A stretch of 64,000 bases of DNA, from positions 23,374 through 87,373 of the forward strand of contig JASGCL010000002.1 of NCBI GenBank assembly GCA_030054115.1. Direction: 5' to 3'. Below are positions 36,874 through 48,025 of the stretch, one piece after another (position 1 is the first letter of the stretch; the number at the start of each line of letters is the position of its first letter). Under the pieces are notes generated by a model. That model made no database searches. It worked only from the letters and a program-made list of their open reading frames with translations, and was not told the DNA's origin. The translations under genes were made by a program, and so were the position numbers. The stretch comes from Hydrotalea sp. (GTDB lineage Bacteria; Pseudomonadota; Alphaproteobacteria; JASGCL01).

Positions 36874-38373
36874 TTACCCCACCGCCCCTTCCAAACTAAT
36901 CGCCACCAATTTTTGCGCCTCAACCGCAAATTCCATCGGCAGGTTTTGCAATACCTCTTTGCAAAAACCATTAACGATAAGGCCGATGGCCTGTTCCTTA
37001 TCGATGCCGCGTTGTTGGCAATAAAAAATTTGCTCGTCGGATAGGCTGGTGGTGGTGGCCTCATGCTCCAACTTGGCCAGCGACTGGTTGTTTTCGATAT
37101 AGGGAATGGTCTCGGCGATTGCGCGGTCGCCGATAATCAACGAATCGCATTGCGTGAAATTTTGCGCGCCGGTCGCCTTGGCGGCAATTTTCAATAACCC
37201 GCGATAGGCCTGGTGGCCGTGGCCGGCGACAATCCCCTTTGAAATAATACGCGACGTGGTGTTCTTGCCGAGGTGAATCATCTTCGTGCCGGTATCGGCC
37301 TTTTGATAATGGTTGCTAATCGCCACCGAATAAAATTCGCCCGATGAATAATCGCCCTGCAAAATACAGCTGGGGTATTTCCAGGTGATGGCACTGCCGG
37401 TTTCAACCTGCGTCCAAGAAATATGGCTACGCACGCCACGGCAGGCACCGCGTTTGGTAACAAAATTATAAATTCCCCCCACGCCCTGTTTATCGCCCGG
37501 ATACCAATTTTGCACGGTCGAGTATTTTATTTTGGCGTCGTCGAGCGCGATTAATTCGACCACCGCGGCATGGAGTTGGTTTTCGTCGCGCATCGGCGCG
37601 GTGCAACCCTCCAAATAACTTACCTCGGCACCGGCATCGGCGATAATGAGGGTGCGTTCAAATTGGCCGGTGTTTTCGGCGTTGATGCGAAAATAGGTCG
37701 ATAGCTCCATCGGGCATTTCACGCCGCGCGGTATATAAACGAACGACCCGTCTGAAAATACCGCGCTGTTCAGGCAGGCATGTTTGTTGTCGGTGTAGGG
37801 CACGACCGAGCCGAGGTATTTTTTTACCAGCTCGGGGTGGTGGCGAACCGCCTCGGAAAAGGAACAAAAAATAACGCCGGCGCGGGCCAATTCCTCGCGG
37901 AAGGTGGTTGCCACCGACACGCTGTCAAAAATTGCATCAACCGCGACGCGCGGCGCACCCTTGACATTCAGCAAGGCCTCTTGCTCCTTCAACGGGATAC
38001 CGAGTTTTTCAAATGTTTTTAGCACCTCGGGGTCGATGTCGTCTAAACTTTCGACCGATTTTTTGGGTTGCGCGAAGTAGGATATTTTTTGGTAATCGAT
38101 GGCGGGAATGGGAAAGCTGGCCCAGTTGGGGTCTCGCATGGTTTGCCAATGGCGATAGGCCTTGAGGCGAAAATCCAACAACCAATCCGGCTCGTCCTTA
38201 ATTTTTGAAATAGCACGCACCACCTCCTCCGACAGGCCGACCTTCATCACGTCGCTATTAACCTGCGACACGAAACCAAATTCGTAATCTTTATCAAGAC
38301 GTTGTGCCACCGCATCGGGCGCGGTGGCGCCATCGATGGGGTTATGGTTAGTAATATTTTGTTGGTCGGTCAT
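36874..38373 (-). CDS. sufB: Fe-S cluster assembly scaffold SufB
   Basis: 499 aa, SufB family conserved core ('[15 protein letters not shown]...'). Confidence 0.9.
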   Translation of the reverse strand: MTDQQNITNHNPIDGATAPDAVAQRLDKDYEFGFVSQVNSDVMKVGLSEEVVRAISKIKDEPDWLLDFRLKAYRHWQTMRDPNWASFPIPAIDYQKISYFAQPKKSVESLDDIDPEVLKTFEKLGIPLKEQEALLNVKGAPRVAVDAIFDSVSVATTFREELARAGVIFCSFSEAVRHHPELVKKYLGSVVPYTDNKHACLNSAVFSDGSFVYIPRGVKCPMELSTYFRINAENTGQFERTLIIADAGAEVSYLEGCTAPMRDENQLHAAVVELIALDDAKIKYSTVQNWYPGDKQGVGGIYNFVTKRGACRGVRSHISWTQVETGSAITWKYPSCILQGDYSSGEFYSVAISNHYQKADTGTKMIHLGKNTTSRIISKGIVAGHGHQAYRGLLKIAAKATGAQNFTQCDSLIIGDRAIAETIPYIENNQSLAKLEHEATTTSLSDEQIFYCQQRGIDKEQAIGLIVNGFCKEVLQNLPMEFAVEAQKLVAISLEGAVG

Positions 38374-38882
38374 GTGCTGATGTAATGTTGAAAATTTTGG
38401 TTAAAGGTTTTGTCGTCCGACAAAATATCTTGCAAGCTGATTTCTTGCAACGCGCTGTGGATGACGTGATTAATTTTTTGCCAGCGACCAGTCAAATGGC
38501 AATGGTCAATTTTGTCGCAGGCATCTTGCGCCTCAACATTGGCGACGCAGGTCGTCAGGGCGGGCGCGCCCTCCATCAGCAACAGCACATCAAACACCGA
38601 TATCGCCGCCAGGTTTTTGGCCAGGGCGTAACCACCATCGCGGCCGCGCTCGGCCAGCAACAATTCGCCGGCGGTTAATTTTTTTAACAACAATTGCACG
38701 GTCGGCAAGGGGATAAGGGTCAGGGCCGCCAAATCGCCGGCCGACATAAATTGCCGCGTGCCGTTATCCGCGATGGGCAAATTATCATTTGCATTATCGC
38801 GCAAATCTTTTAGCGGGCGACCACGTGCCAATTCGGCCAATAGCACAATCGCATAGTCGGTCATTTTTGAAATTTTAATCAT
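38370..38882 (-). CDS. Rrf2-family transcriptional regulator (IscR/SufR-like) at the head of the suf operon
   Basis: N-terminal wHTH '[20 protein letters not shown]'. Overlaps the sufB start by 4 bp. Confidence 0.8.
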   Translation of the reverse strand: MIKISKMTDYAIVLLAELARGRPLKDLRDNANDNLPIADNGTRQFMSAGDLAALTLIPLPTVQLLLKKLTAGELLLAERGRDGGYALAKNLAAISVFDVLLLMEGAPALTTCVANVEAQDACDKIDHCHLTGRWQKINHVIHSALQEISLQDILSDDKTFNQNFQHYIST

Positions 38883-38914
38883 GGTAAGAACAATTCGTCT
38901 TTGCTTGACGATAA

Positions 38915-38939
38915 ATATGGTATTATTATACTACCATAT
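38915..38939. promoter_or_regulatory. Near-perfect 25-bp palindrome in the suf promoter region; candidate Rrf2 operator
   Basis: atatggtattattatactaccatat (arms tatggta / taccata) lies ~35 bp upstream of the Rrf2 gene start, just after a TTGACG-like hexamer on the coding (minus) strand. Confidence 0.45.
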
Positions 38940-39143
38940 GGCGCAGGAGTCAATGGCAGGCAAAGGGGCGTGGGTTGCGAATGTCCTTTAAGGAGTCATC
39001 GACAACAATTGCCACCGGCAAATCGCCGTTGCAATTGGCTTTTACCATCTGCCCTTACCATTAGCGGTTACAATTGGTGAAAAAAGCGCGGCGGTTAGGG
39101 GCATTTATCTTCCGCGTCATTGCCCGCGCCGGCGATAAAACAG

Positions 39144-40208
39144 CTACCCCATTTTTGGGTCGAGTTGCCCGGCGGCGTAACGTTTGGCCATTTCGCTCAA
39201 GGGGATGACCTTGATTTTATCGGCCTTGCCGGCGGTGCCAAAATCTTCGAATCGGCTGATACATAAATTTTTCATTGCCTCGATAGCCGGCTTGTTAAAA
39301 TTGCGCGGGTCGATTTCGTCTTTTTTCTCCATCGCGATTTTGCGATATTGGCCGATAATCGCCATGCGGCAATCGGTGTCGATATTTATTTTGCGTACGC
39401 CGTGTTTTATGCCAACCTTAATTTCCTCGACCGGCACGCCATAGGTTTGCGGCATCACCCCGCCGTATTTATTGATGATGTCTTGCAATTCCTGCGGCAC
39501 CGACGACGAACCATGCATCACCAAATGGGTGGTCGGTAATTTTTTATTGATTTCTTTTATGACCTCCATCGCCAGCACCTTGCCGTCGGGTTTTTTGGTA
39601 AATTTATATGCGCCATGCGACGTGCCAATCGCCACCGCCAAGGCATCGACCTTGGTTTTTTTGACAAAATCCATCGCCTGGGTTGGGTCGGTCAATAACA
39701 TGTCGTGCGACAATGTGCCCTCGAACCCATGGCCATCTTCCTTATCGCCCTTGCCGGTTTCCAGCGACCCAAGGCAACCCAATTCCCCCTCCACCGACAC
39801 CCCGATATCATGGGCCAGGCTGGCCACGCGTTCGGTAACCGCGACATTGTAATCGTAATCGCTCGGGGTTTTGGCATCTTCCATCAAACTGCCATCCATC
39901 ATCACCGATGTGAAACCATATTGCATCGCCGACAGGCATGTTTTTGGGCTGTTGCCATGGTCTTGGTGGACGCAAATCGGAATATGGGGATACATGAATT
40001 CGGCGGCCTCCATCATTTTTTTTATCATCATGTCGCCGGCGTAACTGCGCGCGCCACGGCTGGCCTGCAATATCACCGGTGCGTTGGTTTTGTCGGCGGC
40101 CTGCATAATCGCCAATAATTGTTCCATGTTGTTGATGTTAAATGCCGGCACGCCGTAGCCATGTTCGGCGGCATGGTCAAGCAATTGGCGTAATGAAATG
40201 GCGGTCAT
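39144..40208 (-). CDS. fba: Fructose-bisphosphate aldolase, class II
   Basis: '[14 protein letters not shown]', 'HQDHG', 'HGSSSVP' class II FBA motifs. 354 aa. Confidence 0.9.
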   Translation of the reverse strand: MTAISLRQLLDHAAEHGYGVPAFNINNMEQLLAIMQAADKTNAPVILQASRGARSYAGDMMIKKMMEAAEFMYPHIPICVHQDHGNSPKTCLSAMQYGFTSVMMDGSLMEDAKTPSDYDYNVAVTERVASLAHDIGVSVEGELGCLGSLETGKGDKEDGHGFEGTLSHDMLLTDPTQAMDFVKKTKVDALAVAIGTSHGAYKFTKKPDGKVLAMEVIKEINKKLPTTHLVMHGSSSVPQELQDIINKYGGVMPQTYGVPVEEIKVGIKHGVRKINIDTDCRMAIIGQYRKIAMEKKDEIDPRNFNKPAIEAMKNLCISRFEDFGTAGKADKIKVIPLSEMAKRYAAGQLDPKMG

Positions 40209-40267
40209 TATATTCTCTCTCTTTATTTCATAATTAAGTTTGATGTTGCGGTCAAGATTTTTTTCAT

Positions 40268-41242
40268 TTAAAAAATATAATCGGTGATGGTCGCCGCGCC
40301 GTTGGTGATAATCAAACTGCTGGCTTTTTTTGCCGTCAGGCCGGGCACGACCATTCCCTCGGTAATGCCGGTCAGCACAACCGCCATGTTGTTTACGTCG
40401 CCACTGGTGATGAAATCATCGGCATTATACCATTGTGCAAAATTATAATTTTCTTTTTTTAACAGGTCGCGTTCTTTATCCGATTGCGGGGCGAAGCGGC
40501 CAAGAAATTCGGCCCCCAAGATTTTTGCCATCGCCGCGCTGACAACCCCCTCGGGCGAGCCACCAATGCCGAGCAAGGCATCGACCATTACACTGCCGTG
40601 GTTGCCTTGGGTTGCGGTGGTTGGCGTGCCGGTCATGGCCAGCACCGCGCCGGCAATGTCGCCGGCGGGAATGGCTATCATCCGGGCGTCGTGCTTTATC
40701 ACGGCTTGCTTAATTTTTTTATGGCGGTCTTTGTCGAGCATGTATATCACCAAATCGGCCGGCTTTTTGCCCAAGACATGGGCCAAATGGGGCAAGAATT
40801 TGTCGTAATCGATATCACCCTGCAACATTTTTTTATCGATATTGTTTTTGGCGCGCGGCGGCAGGGCGATTTTATCCATGTAATAACTTTGGCCACAATC
40901 CATCATGCTGTTGTGCGGCGTTAAGGCCACCACCACCAAACTATTCCCCAGCCCGTTGGCAAAAAAACTGGTGCATTCCAATGGGTCAACCGCCATGTCG
41001 TAAAGCAATGGGGCTTGCTTGTTGCCGACAATTTCGCCGCGATAAAGGGCCGGGGCATTGTCTTTTTCCCCCTCGCCAATCACGACGCGCGCTTGAAACG
41101 GCGCGTCGCTTAATCCCCGGCGCAAGCCATTAACACATACCCCGTCAGATTTTTCTTTATCACCGCACCCCCATAATGGCAAAACGGCGCGGGCGGTGGT
41201 GGCGGTTAAGGTATGCAAAAACGCGAGGTGGGATTTTTCCAT
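40268..41242 (-). CDS. glpX: Fructose-1,6-bisphosphatase class II (GlpX)
   Basis: '[15 protein letters not shown]...[20 protein letters not shown]' is GlpX family. 324 aa. Adjacent to fba. Confidence 0.85.
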   Translation of the reverse strand: MEKSHLAFLHTLTATTARAVLPLWGCGDKEKSDGVCVNGLRRGLSDAPFQARVVIGEGEKDNAPALYRGEIVGNKQAPLLYDMAVDPLECTSFFANGLGNSLVVVALTPHNSMMDCGQSYYMDKIALPPRAKNNIDKKMLQGDIDYDKFLPHLAHVLGKKPADLVIYMLDKDRHKKIKQAVIKHDARMIAIPAGDIAGAVLAMTGTPTTATQGNHGSVMVDALLGIGGSPEGVVSAAMAKILGAEFLGRFAPQSDKERDLLKKENYNFAQWYNADDFITSGDVNNMAVVLTGITEGMVVPGLTAKKASSLIITNGAATITDYIF

Positions 41243-41260
41243 AATGAGCGCGTCGGCTTG

Positions 41261-41644
41261 CTATTTTTTTGGTTCGGCGGCGGGCATGCCGCGGGTATCA
41301 AGCCTGAATTCGTTGGCGAGGTTGCTGTGCGCGGTTGCCGGCCCCATTGCTTGCCCCATGCCTTGTCCCATGCCTTGTCCGGCTGGTTGCCCGCCGGCCT
41401 GGTTGGTGCGGCCGAGCACGCCGCTTTGTTCTAATTTTTGCACCATGCCGTTTAAATCGCCAAACATTTTGATGAAGCCATTGAGCGGCATGATAACCCG
41501 ATGGCAGGTGGATAACTCCGGCGTGTTTTGTGGGTTGTCGGGGTCGGGTCGGATAGAACCAAAGTCGATGCGCACCAACCCACCGGTTAAGGATATATTG
41601 ACCGTGGTGTCGGCAAAATGTTCGGGAATGAGGTTGTTGGCCAT
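41261..41644 (-). CDS. Hypothetical protein with GMGQ repeats
   Basis: 127-aa ORF with 'QGMGQGMGQAMG' low-complexity segment. No recognised domain. Confidence 0.4.
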   Translation of the reverse strand: MANNLIPEHFADTTVNISLTGGLVRIDFGSIRPDPDNPQNTPELSTCHRVIMPLNGFIKMFGDLNGMVQKLEQSGVLGRTNQAGGQPAGQGMGQGMGQAMGPATAHSNLANEFRLDTRGMPAAEPKK

Positions 41645-41738
41645 GATTATTATTCTCGGTTATTTTGTGTTTTAATGATAAACCAATAGTAACATTGGGT
41701 GCAAGTTTATTGTAAAAAAGATTTTTGCAATCGCGTGG

Positions 41739-42533
41739 TTAAAAACCCAATTTGAAATCGACCATCACACTGCCGATACCGCCCGAGGCGATGTCCTTGC
41801 TCAACAGCAATTGCGACCCCTGGGCCACGTTGGTGTTGCGGCGGTCGCCAAAGGCAAAATAATAATCGAAACGGGTTTCGACATCCATCGTGCTGAAAAT
41901 CGAAAGATTTTGCACGATGTTAAATTTTAAACCAGTGCCAAGCTTTAACAGAAAAAACGTGCCACTGGCCGCCGGCGCGCTTGGGTTATTCCAAAACAAC
42001 GCGCCAACCCCAAGGCGCAACGGGAATGAAAATTGCCAAATCGATACGCCATGGAACGATTGGTCGATGGTTAAAATGTAATTGCTGATGGTGGTAGAGG
42101 TCTGGTTAAGCGGCGCGCTGGTGCTGAAATAAACCGAGCTCGGGGTTTTGTAAAAAAGGAAATTGGCCTCGGCCGAATAGTCTTTATTGAAATCATACCC
42201 CAGCGCCATGGTCGGGGCAAAGGCCGTCTTGAACGTATTGGTAACGCGGTCGCCGGTGGCGGCGAAACCGGTTTCGTCAAAGGGGATGATGGCGGCAAAA
42301 CCGCCCTTTAAAAACAACCCCAATTTGTTACTATCGGCTGGCAGGGCAAAACTGCTGGTCATGGTTTTTGGCACGCGCATGTTGTCGGGGATAGCCAGGC
42401 TATCATTGGCGTTTTGCGCCCGCGCCGAAAAAGTGGGCGCAAGAATAATGGCGGCCGCCAGGCACAGCCGCGCCAGGGTGGCGCGGGTAGACCGACCGTT
42501 TTTCAACAAAGGGATGCAGGTGATAGGGTTCAT
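41739..42533 (-). CDS. Outer-membrane beta-barrel protein (OmpA-like / Omp25-like porin family)
   Basis: Signal-like N-terminus, alternating amphipathic strands, C-terminal '...FKLGF' aromatic terminus typical of OMPs. Confidence 0.6.
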   Translation of the reverse strand: MNPITCIPLLKNGRSTRATLARLCLAAAIILAPTFSARAQNANDSLAIPDNMRVPKTMTSSFALPADSNKLGLFLKGGFAAIIPFDETGFAATGDRVTNTFKTAFAPTMALGYDFNKDYSAEANFLFYKTPSSVYFSTSAPLNQTSTTISNYILTIDQSFHGVSIWQFSFPLRLGVGALFWNNPSAPAASGTFFLLKLGTGLKFNIVQNLSIFSTMDVETRFDYYFAFGDRRNTNVAQGSQLLLSKDIASGGIGSVMVDFKLGF

Positions 42534-42759
42534 GGCGGTGTTATTATTTTTATTGGCGGGGCTGTTGGCATTCTGCGCCAGGCTAGGCCATGGCTTATGA
42601 TTTTTTTATTATTCTATGACCCATTATTCTTTTACCTAATGTAAATAAAACAATTCGCTGGTTGGCGCAATAGGTTTCTTTGTTGTTTTTATACTTTGTT
42701 GTAATCTTGTTGTAACTGCTTGCGTTGTGTTGTTTGGTGCGTCATTGCCTTGTTACATA

Positions 42760-44379
42760 TTATTGTTCGGGATATGGTTCTTGCACATTGCCCATATATT
42801 GTTTGAATGATGCATCGGATAAGCCCCAGAGCGATAGGTATTTTGTCGACGGTTCGGCGGCCTGCGCCATGATGCTATGCCACTGGTCAAGGCTGGGGTA
42901 ATTGGGGAATTCGGCAAGTGCCGAATAACCAAACCCGAGGCGATGGCCGGCGACACTGAACCCCAATAGCTCGAGCAAGGTTGGCAATACGTCGTAATGG
43001 GTAATATCACGGCGTTTGGGGGTAATGTCCTTGCCGTATAAAAAACTATAGGGCTCTCGCTTTGGGTAGGCTTTATTCCATTTTTCCATGTCGACGCCGC
43101 TGACCGAAACGATACGATGGTCGCCCATCATGTAGAGTTCGGTGTTTTTCAGCAAGCCATTTTTATCGGCGTCGGCAACAAATTGCGCAATGGCCAGGCT
43201 GGTGCATTCAACCACCTGGTCAAATTGTTGTGGTTGTTGACCCCGGGTGCAGGGCGATGCCACCGGCGCGTGGATGTCGATGGTGGCGATAATCAAGAAA
43301 AATGGTTGGTCGGTGTTCTGGCGTTGCGCCTGCAGGGCCTGTAATTTTTTATAACCCTCGTCAAAAATTACCTTATCAAACAATCCCCAGGGGCCTTTTT
43401 TATCCGATTCGCCAATTCCATAGCCATGGGTCTGCCAATATTCCAACGATTTGGCTTCATTAAAATGGTGGTTACCATAAAAATAACCGATGCCACCAGT
43501 GTAGCGGGTCGCCGCCTGCATAAAAACATTGTAATAACCATGTTTTGCCAAAATATCGCTCAGGCAAATTGCGTTTTGCAATACCGCGGGTTCGCCACGG
43601 GCATTATCGATGTTGGTAAAAAAGGTAGATTTTAAGGGCAGGCCACATTGGCTGGCGACATGGCCAGGCAGGGTTTCAACCGCGGTGCCGGCGGTGTGCA
43701 GGTTGAACAGGAAGCCTTTTTGCTCCATCGGCTTCATGCTGGCCATTAAATTGCGCCCGAAAAAAGCCGGGTCCTTAAAATTATCCTCCAGGCTTTCGAC
43801 ATAGACCAGCACCAGGTTTTTTTTGCGGGCGGGCGGGGTGATGGCAATGTTTTTTGGGTCAACATAATGTTGTTGAAAATAATCCGGCTGGTCGGCACTT
43901 GATTTGTTGTGCATTTTTACAAATTCGTTGCCATTAAGGGCGTGCCATAAAATACTACCCACCAAGACAAACCAACCAACCACCACCACCGATTTGATAA
44001 TTTTATAACGTTGGTATATTTTTTTTATTTCGCTGGCATTGCTGGCGGCTTTTTTAAACAGCCACAACAACCATTGGTCCAACCCGCTGGCAAGCAAGCT
44101 GATAGCCAACGGCCATAACACCATTAATATAACACCATTGATGATAAATTCGCTTGGTCCACCCGCCAGCGCGCTGGGCCCGAACATCAGGAACACCGCG
44201 ATCATTTCCACGGTGCCGGCACCGCCAAAATTTTCGTCCATCCACAGCTTAAAGCCGTAGAAGACAAATGGTAAAAAATAAGCTAGCGAACCATAGGCCA
44301 CAGGTAACCATGCCATGCCATCGGTATTACGAGCAAAAAACGGCGCGGCTTGGCGGTTGTTTTTTTTCCTTTTTTTCAT
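42760..44379 (-). CDS. Sulfatase-family membrane protein (LTA synthase / phosphoethanolamine- or phosphoglycerol-transferase-like)
   Basis: N-terminal multi-TM region followed by an alkaline-phosphatase/sulfatase-like domain. 539 aa. Confidence 0.65.
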   Translation of the reverse strand: MKKRKKNNRQAAPFFARNTDGMAWLPVAYGSLAYFLPFVFYGFKLWMDENFGGAGTVEMIAVFLMFGPSALAGGPSEFIINGVILMVLWPLAISLLASGLDQWLLWLFKKAASNASEIKKIYQRYKIIKSVVVVGWFVLVGSILWHALNGNEFVKMHNKSSADQPDYFQQHYVDPKNIAITPPARKKNLVLVYVESLEDNFKDPAFFGRNLMASMKPMEQKGFLFNLHTAGTAVETLPGHVASQCGLPLKSTFFTNIDNARGEPAVLQNAICLSDILAKHGYYNVFMQAATRYTGGIGYFYGNHHFNEAKSLEYWQTHGYGIGESDKKGPWGLFDKVIFDEGYKKLQALQAQRQNTDQPFFLIIATIDIHAPVASPCTRGQQPQQFDQVVECTSLAIAQFVADADKNGLLKNTELYMMGDHRIVSVSGVDMEKWNKAYPKREPYSFLYGKDITPKRRDITHYDVLPTLLELLGFSVAGHRLGFGYSALAEFPNYPSLDQWHSIMAQAAEPSTKYLSLWGLSDASFKQYMGNVQEPYPEQ

Positions 44380-44514
44380 TTGGTTCAGCGCAAGGGAAGA
44401 TGGCTTTAAGTGATGGCTTAAATATATGCTATAAAATTTATAATTTTTAGCCCCAAGGAATCAACCCATAGCCTTAAAGCCACCGCCTGTCAAGGCGGCA
44501 TCCCCGATACAGCC

Positions 44515-45501
44515 TTAAGGCCGGTTGGTCGTGGGGGCGGGTTTTGGCGCGGGCGTGGTTGTGGGTTGCGGGGCGGGTTTTGGTGTGGTCGTGGTTGTGG
44601 GTTGCGGGGCGGGTTTTGGTGTGGTCGTGGTTGGCGCAGGCGTAGGCGCAGGCGTTGGCGCGGGTTGCGGCGTGGTGACCGGCGGCGTTGGTGCGGGTGT
44701 GGTTGGTGCGGCGTTATTATCGGGCAGGCTGGGGTTATCATCCGGCATGGTGGGGGCGGTTGGCGTTATTGGCTCCCTGGCCGGTAAAAATGGCAATAAA
44801 CGATGCAACAGGTTTGCGCCGCCGGTGGTTGCACCGGTTTTGACACGTTCGACCAATTGGTCTTTTTCTGGGCTTTGCCAAAAGTCATTCCATTTGACAT
44901 CGCGCACCAGCCCGACCCCGTTGATGGCGATAAAAATAATGACCACCAGCCATTTGACGAAAAAAATAAACTTATCGATTATCCGTGCCAAAATACTATT
45001 GACCAGCGGTTCGGTCGGGTCGATAATTTTTTTCGGCAAGACTTTTTTTAACACCAAATGGACAAAGGCCTGCTGATTGGTGAGGAAGCTGGGGAGCATC
45101 ATGTCAAAGGCAATGCGACCACTGGCTATCAATATTGCCCGCAGGGCAGCCACGCACAGCGCAATTGCCACGGCGATGGCGAATGGTATGACCAACACCC
45201 ATAGAACGAACCAACCATAAACCGCCGGCGCAACATGCAAACCATTGGCGATGCCGGTGGTAAGAAAATAATTGGCGATGTCGTTTAGGGTTGGCGCGGC
45301 AAAATATTTTTTTAGCCAATAATCAAAAAAATAAATCCCCAAGGGCAAGCAATAGGGCAAGCTGGCCAATAGATAATGCCAAACCCGCCGCCAGGCAGTT
45401 GGTTTTTTTTTATTGTCCGCGCCGCCAGGGGGCGTGGCGTTACCCGCGCCGTTACCATGGCCAGAAAATTGATGCGAGGGTTTTGGCGGGCGTTTGAACA
45501 T
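44515..45501 (-). CDS. Membrane protein with C-terminal Pro/Thr-rich tandem repeats
   Basis: Four predicted TM helices, then 'TPAPTPPVTTPQPAPTPAPTPAPTTTTPKPAPQPTTTTTPKPAPQPTTTPAPKPAPTT'. Confidence 0.55.
   Translation of the reverse strand: MFKRPPKPSHQFSGHGNGAGNATPPGGADNKKKPTAWRRVWHYLLASLPYCLPLGIYFFDYWLKKYFAAPTLNDIANYFLTTGIANGLHVAPAVYGWFVLWVLVIPFAIAVAIALCVAALRAILIASGRIAFDMMLPSFLTNQQAFVHLVLKKVLPKKIIDPTEPLVNSILARIIDKFIFFVKWLVVIIFIAINGVGLVRDVKWNDFWQSPEKDQLVERVKTGATTGGANLLHRLLPFLPAREPITPTAPTMPDDNPSLPDNNAAPTTPAPTPPVTTPQPAPTPAPTPAPTTTTPKPAPQPTTTTTPKPAPQPTTTPAPKPAPTTNRP
44530..44700. repeat. Tandem ~39-bp DNA repeats encoding the PT-rich tail
   Basis: gtggttgtgggttgcggggcgggttttggtgtggtcgtg repeated, followed by ggcgcaggcgtaggcgcaggcgttggcgcggg. 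Coding, not CRISPR. Confidence 0.6.
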
Positions 45502-45533
45502 GGTAAATGAATATAAGGTTTTGTTTTCGTTAT

Positions 45534-46526
45534 CTAAATTTTATCACCAGTCCCCGATGTTGTTATAGTAGCATTTCGCGCGGCTTGCAATTTTTTGAAA
45601 TCATCGCCAGCGTGGTATGATGAACGGGTCAGGGGACTGGCCGATACCATCAAAAAACCCTTGGCCGAGGCGACCTGCGCCAATTCGTCAAATTCCTCGG
45701 CCGTCCAGAATTTTTTTACCGCGGCGTGTTTTTTGGTGGGTTGCAGGTATTGGCCCAGGGTTAAAAAATCAACCCCGGCCGAACGGGCATCGTCCATTAC
45801 TTGCAACACCTCGCCCCGTTCCTCCCCCAGGCCGACCATCAGGCCGGTTTTGGTAAAAATACTTGGCACCAGCTCCTTCATTTTTTCCAGCAGGGCGAGC
45901 GAGGTGTAATAACGCGCCCCCGGGCGACATTCAGGGTAAAGTCGCGGCACGGTTTCCAGGTTATGGTTAAAAACATCGGGTGGCACACGGGCGATAATAT
46001 CGGCCGCGCCGCGTTTTTGTTTAAAATCGGGGGTTAGTATTTCGACCGTGGTTGCGGGGTTGTCACGGCGAATGGCGGCGACCACCCGCGTGAAATGTTC
46101 GGCACCGCCGTCGGGCAAATCATCGCGGTCGACCGAGGTTACAACGACATGCGCCAATTTCATCAGGGCAACCGCCTTAGCGATATTATCGGGTTCTTGC
46201 GGGTTAAGGATATTTGGCCGACCGGTTTTGACATAACAAAAACTGCAGGCGCGGGTGCAGGTATCACCCATAATCATAAAGGTCGCGTGTTTTTTTTGCC
46301 AACATTCATGAATGTTGGGGCAGGCGGCCTCGGCACAAACCGTATGCAGGTTATAATCCTTAACGATTTGTTGGGTTTCTTGCCAGGCCGGGCTGGGGCT
46401 GGCGGCAACGCGAACGCGCAACCAATCGGGTCGAGCGACACTCAATTGGTCGGGGCGGTGAATTTTCTCCGGGTGGCGGGCTTTTTCAGCGGCGGGAAGG
46501 GTTTTACGAATAGGTTCGGAGGCCAT
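45534..46526 (-). CDS. lipA: Lipoyl synthase
   Basis: Radical-SAM 'CTRACSFC' plus N-terminal cluster '[12 protein letters not shown]'. 330 aa. Confidence 0.9.
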   Translation of the reverse strand: MASEPIRKTLPAAEKARHPEKIHRPDQLSVARPDWLRVRVAASPSPAWQETQQIVKDYNLHTVCAEAACPNIHECWQKKHATFMIMGDTCTRACSFCYVKTGRPNILNPQEPDNIAKAVALMKLAHVVVTSVDRDDLPDGGAEHFTRVVAAIRRDNPATTVEILTPDFKQKRGAADIIARVPPDVFNHNLETVPRLYPECRPGARYYTSLALLEKMKELVPSIFTKTGLMVGLGEERGEVLQVMDDARSAGVDFLTLGQYLQPTKKHAAVKKFWTAEEFDELAQVASAKGFLMVSASPLTRSSYHAGDDFKKLQAARNATITTSGTGDKI

Positions 46527-46635
46527 GTTGTTTTATAACAGAAATAAAGCGAAAAATCCATGACGCTTGCCTAACGTCTTTGGTCGCGGCAGGGCGTTAA
46601 AAAACCCCATATGTTGCCACAATAATTAGTTTTAT

Positions 46636-47919
46636 CTATTGGCCGTAACCGCGGGTGAAGGCGGCTTGCAAATCGGCCCATAAATCTTCCTTGGCCTCCA
46701 ACCCAATTTGAATACGCAGGAGCAAGGGCTTGTCATTATCGACCGCTTCATCGTTGCCGGTGGTTTGCGCGGGCGTTTTCCCCGGCGTTTTCTCGGGTGT
46801 TTTCCAGGGCGCGGCGGAGCGCGTCCAGGGCGTGACATGGCGATTTGGGTGTTGCGGCAGGATAAGGCTTTCAAACCCGCCCCAGGAAAAACCCATTTTG
46901 AATAATTTCATGTTGTCTAAAAAATCGGCCAATTTGTTTTTCACCAAGGGGTCGATGATAATGGCAAAAACGCCGGCCGAGCCGGTGAAATCCCGTTGCC
47001 AAAATTCATGGCCGGTGGCGGTGGCAACACTGGGGTGCAGGACGGCCTGGACATGTTTTTGCCCCTGCAATTTTTCTAACAACCATGAAGTCGATGCCTC
47101 ATGATGTTTTAAACGCACTGGCAGGGTGCGCAGGCCGCGCAACATGATATAACAATCGTCGGCTGATACCGAAACGCCCAGCGCGCGCCGCCCGCGCTCC
47201 AACAGGGCAAAATGCTCGGCGGTGTCGGCGGTTACCGACCCCATCAGCGCATCGGCATGGCCGCAAATATATTTGGTCAGGGAATGCATGACAAAATTTA
47301 CCCCCAATGGCAGTGGGTTCATAAACATGCCAACCGCCCAGGTGTTATCAAGCCCGACCAATATATTTTTGGCACGCGCCAATTTGACAATCGCGGGGGT
47401 ATCGCAAACCTCGAACGTTTGCGACCCGGGGCTTTCCAGCCAGACCAACACCAGGTTTTTTTCATAGGCATTAATTTTTTGTTCCAAAGCCGGCAAATCC
47501 ATCGGGTCGAAATAAATCACCGTGACGCCCATTGGCGTTAAGATATCGCGCACAAAATTTTTAACCGGTTCGTAGGTATTGTCGGTAACCAGAATGGTCG
47601 GGTTTTTTTTCAATGGCAATAATGATAAAAACAGCGTGGTGATGGCCGACAGCCCACATGGTGCAAGAATCGTATCATGGCCATGTTCCAATTCGGTTAA
47701 AACCTGGCGTAAATAATTGGCGGGCACCGTGCCATGCCGGCCATAGGTAAATTGTTGTGGCTCGGCCCCCAGCAGGTGGTTCAGGGTGGGGTGTAAAATG
47801 GTGCTGGCGCGGTGCGGCGGCGGGTTGACCGCGCCGTCGTAACGCATGCTGTCGCGGCCGTCAATAATCAGACGGGTGGCAATATCAAATTGGCTATCAT
47901 CGCGGCTATTATCGGTCAT
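46636..47919 (-). CDS. Cys/Met-metabolism PLP-dependent enzyme (cystathionine beta-lyase-like)
   Basis: PLP lysine motif 'SLTKYICGHADALMGSV'. 427 aa, with a low-complexity insert 'KTPEKTPGKTPAQTT' near the C-terminus. Confidence 0.75.
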   Translation of the reverse strand: MTDNSRDDSQFDIATRLIIDGRDSMRYDGAVNPPPHRASTILHPTLNHLLGAEPQQFTYGRHGTVPANYLRQVLTELEHGHDTILAPCGLSAITTLFLSLLPLKKNPTILVTDNTYEPVKNFVRDILTPMGVTVIYFDPMDLPALEQKINAYEKNLVLVWLESPGSQTFEVCDTPAIVKLARAKNILVGLDNTWAVGMFMNPLPLGVNFVMHSLTKYICGHADALMGSVTADTAEHFALLERGRRALGVSVSADDCYIMLRGLRTLPVRLKHHEASTSWLLEKLQGQKHVQAVLHPSVATATGHEFWQRDFTGSAGVFAIIIDPLVKNKLADFLDNMKLFKMGFSWGGFESLILPQHPNRHVTPWTRSAAPWKTPEKTPGKTPAQTTGNDEAVDNDKPLLLRIQIGLEAKEDLWADLQAAFTRGYGQ

Positions 47920-48025
47920 TTAGATTCCTCAACGGGGCTCCTTAATTGCCAATATATAGCGTGATTCGCCACCGCCCCGCAATGCCCAGCATGGCAAACA
48001 AACCCCCGTGGCGGTGGCTTCGTCT

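Noticed and set aside
44530-44700. Tandem DNA repeats that might be mistaken for a CRISPR array or minisatellite
   Set aside because: Repeats are contiguous with no unique spacers and lie in frame within a CDS, encoding a Pro/Thr-rich tail. Not CRISPR.
45595-46538. Plus-strand ORFs antisense to lipA (for example 46095..46538, 45595..45909)
   Set aside because: Embedded antisense in the highly conserved radical-SAM lipA gene. GC-driven spurious frames.
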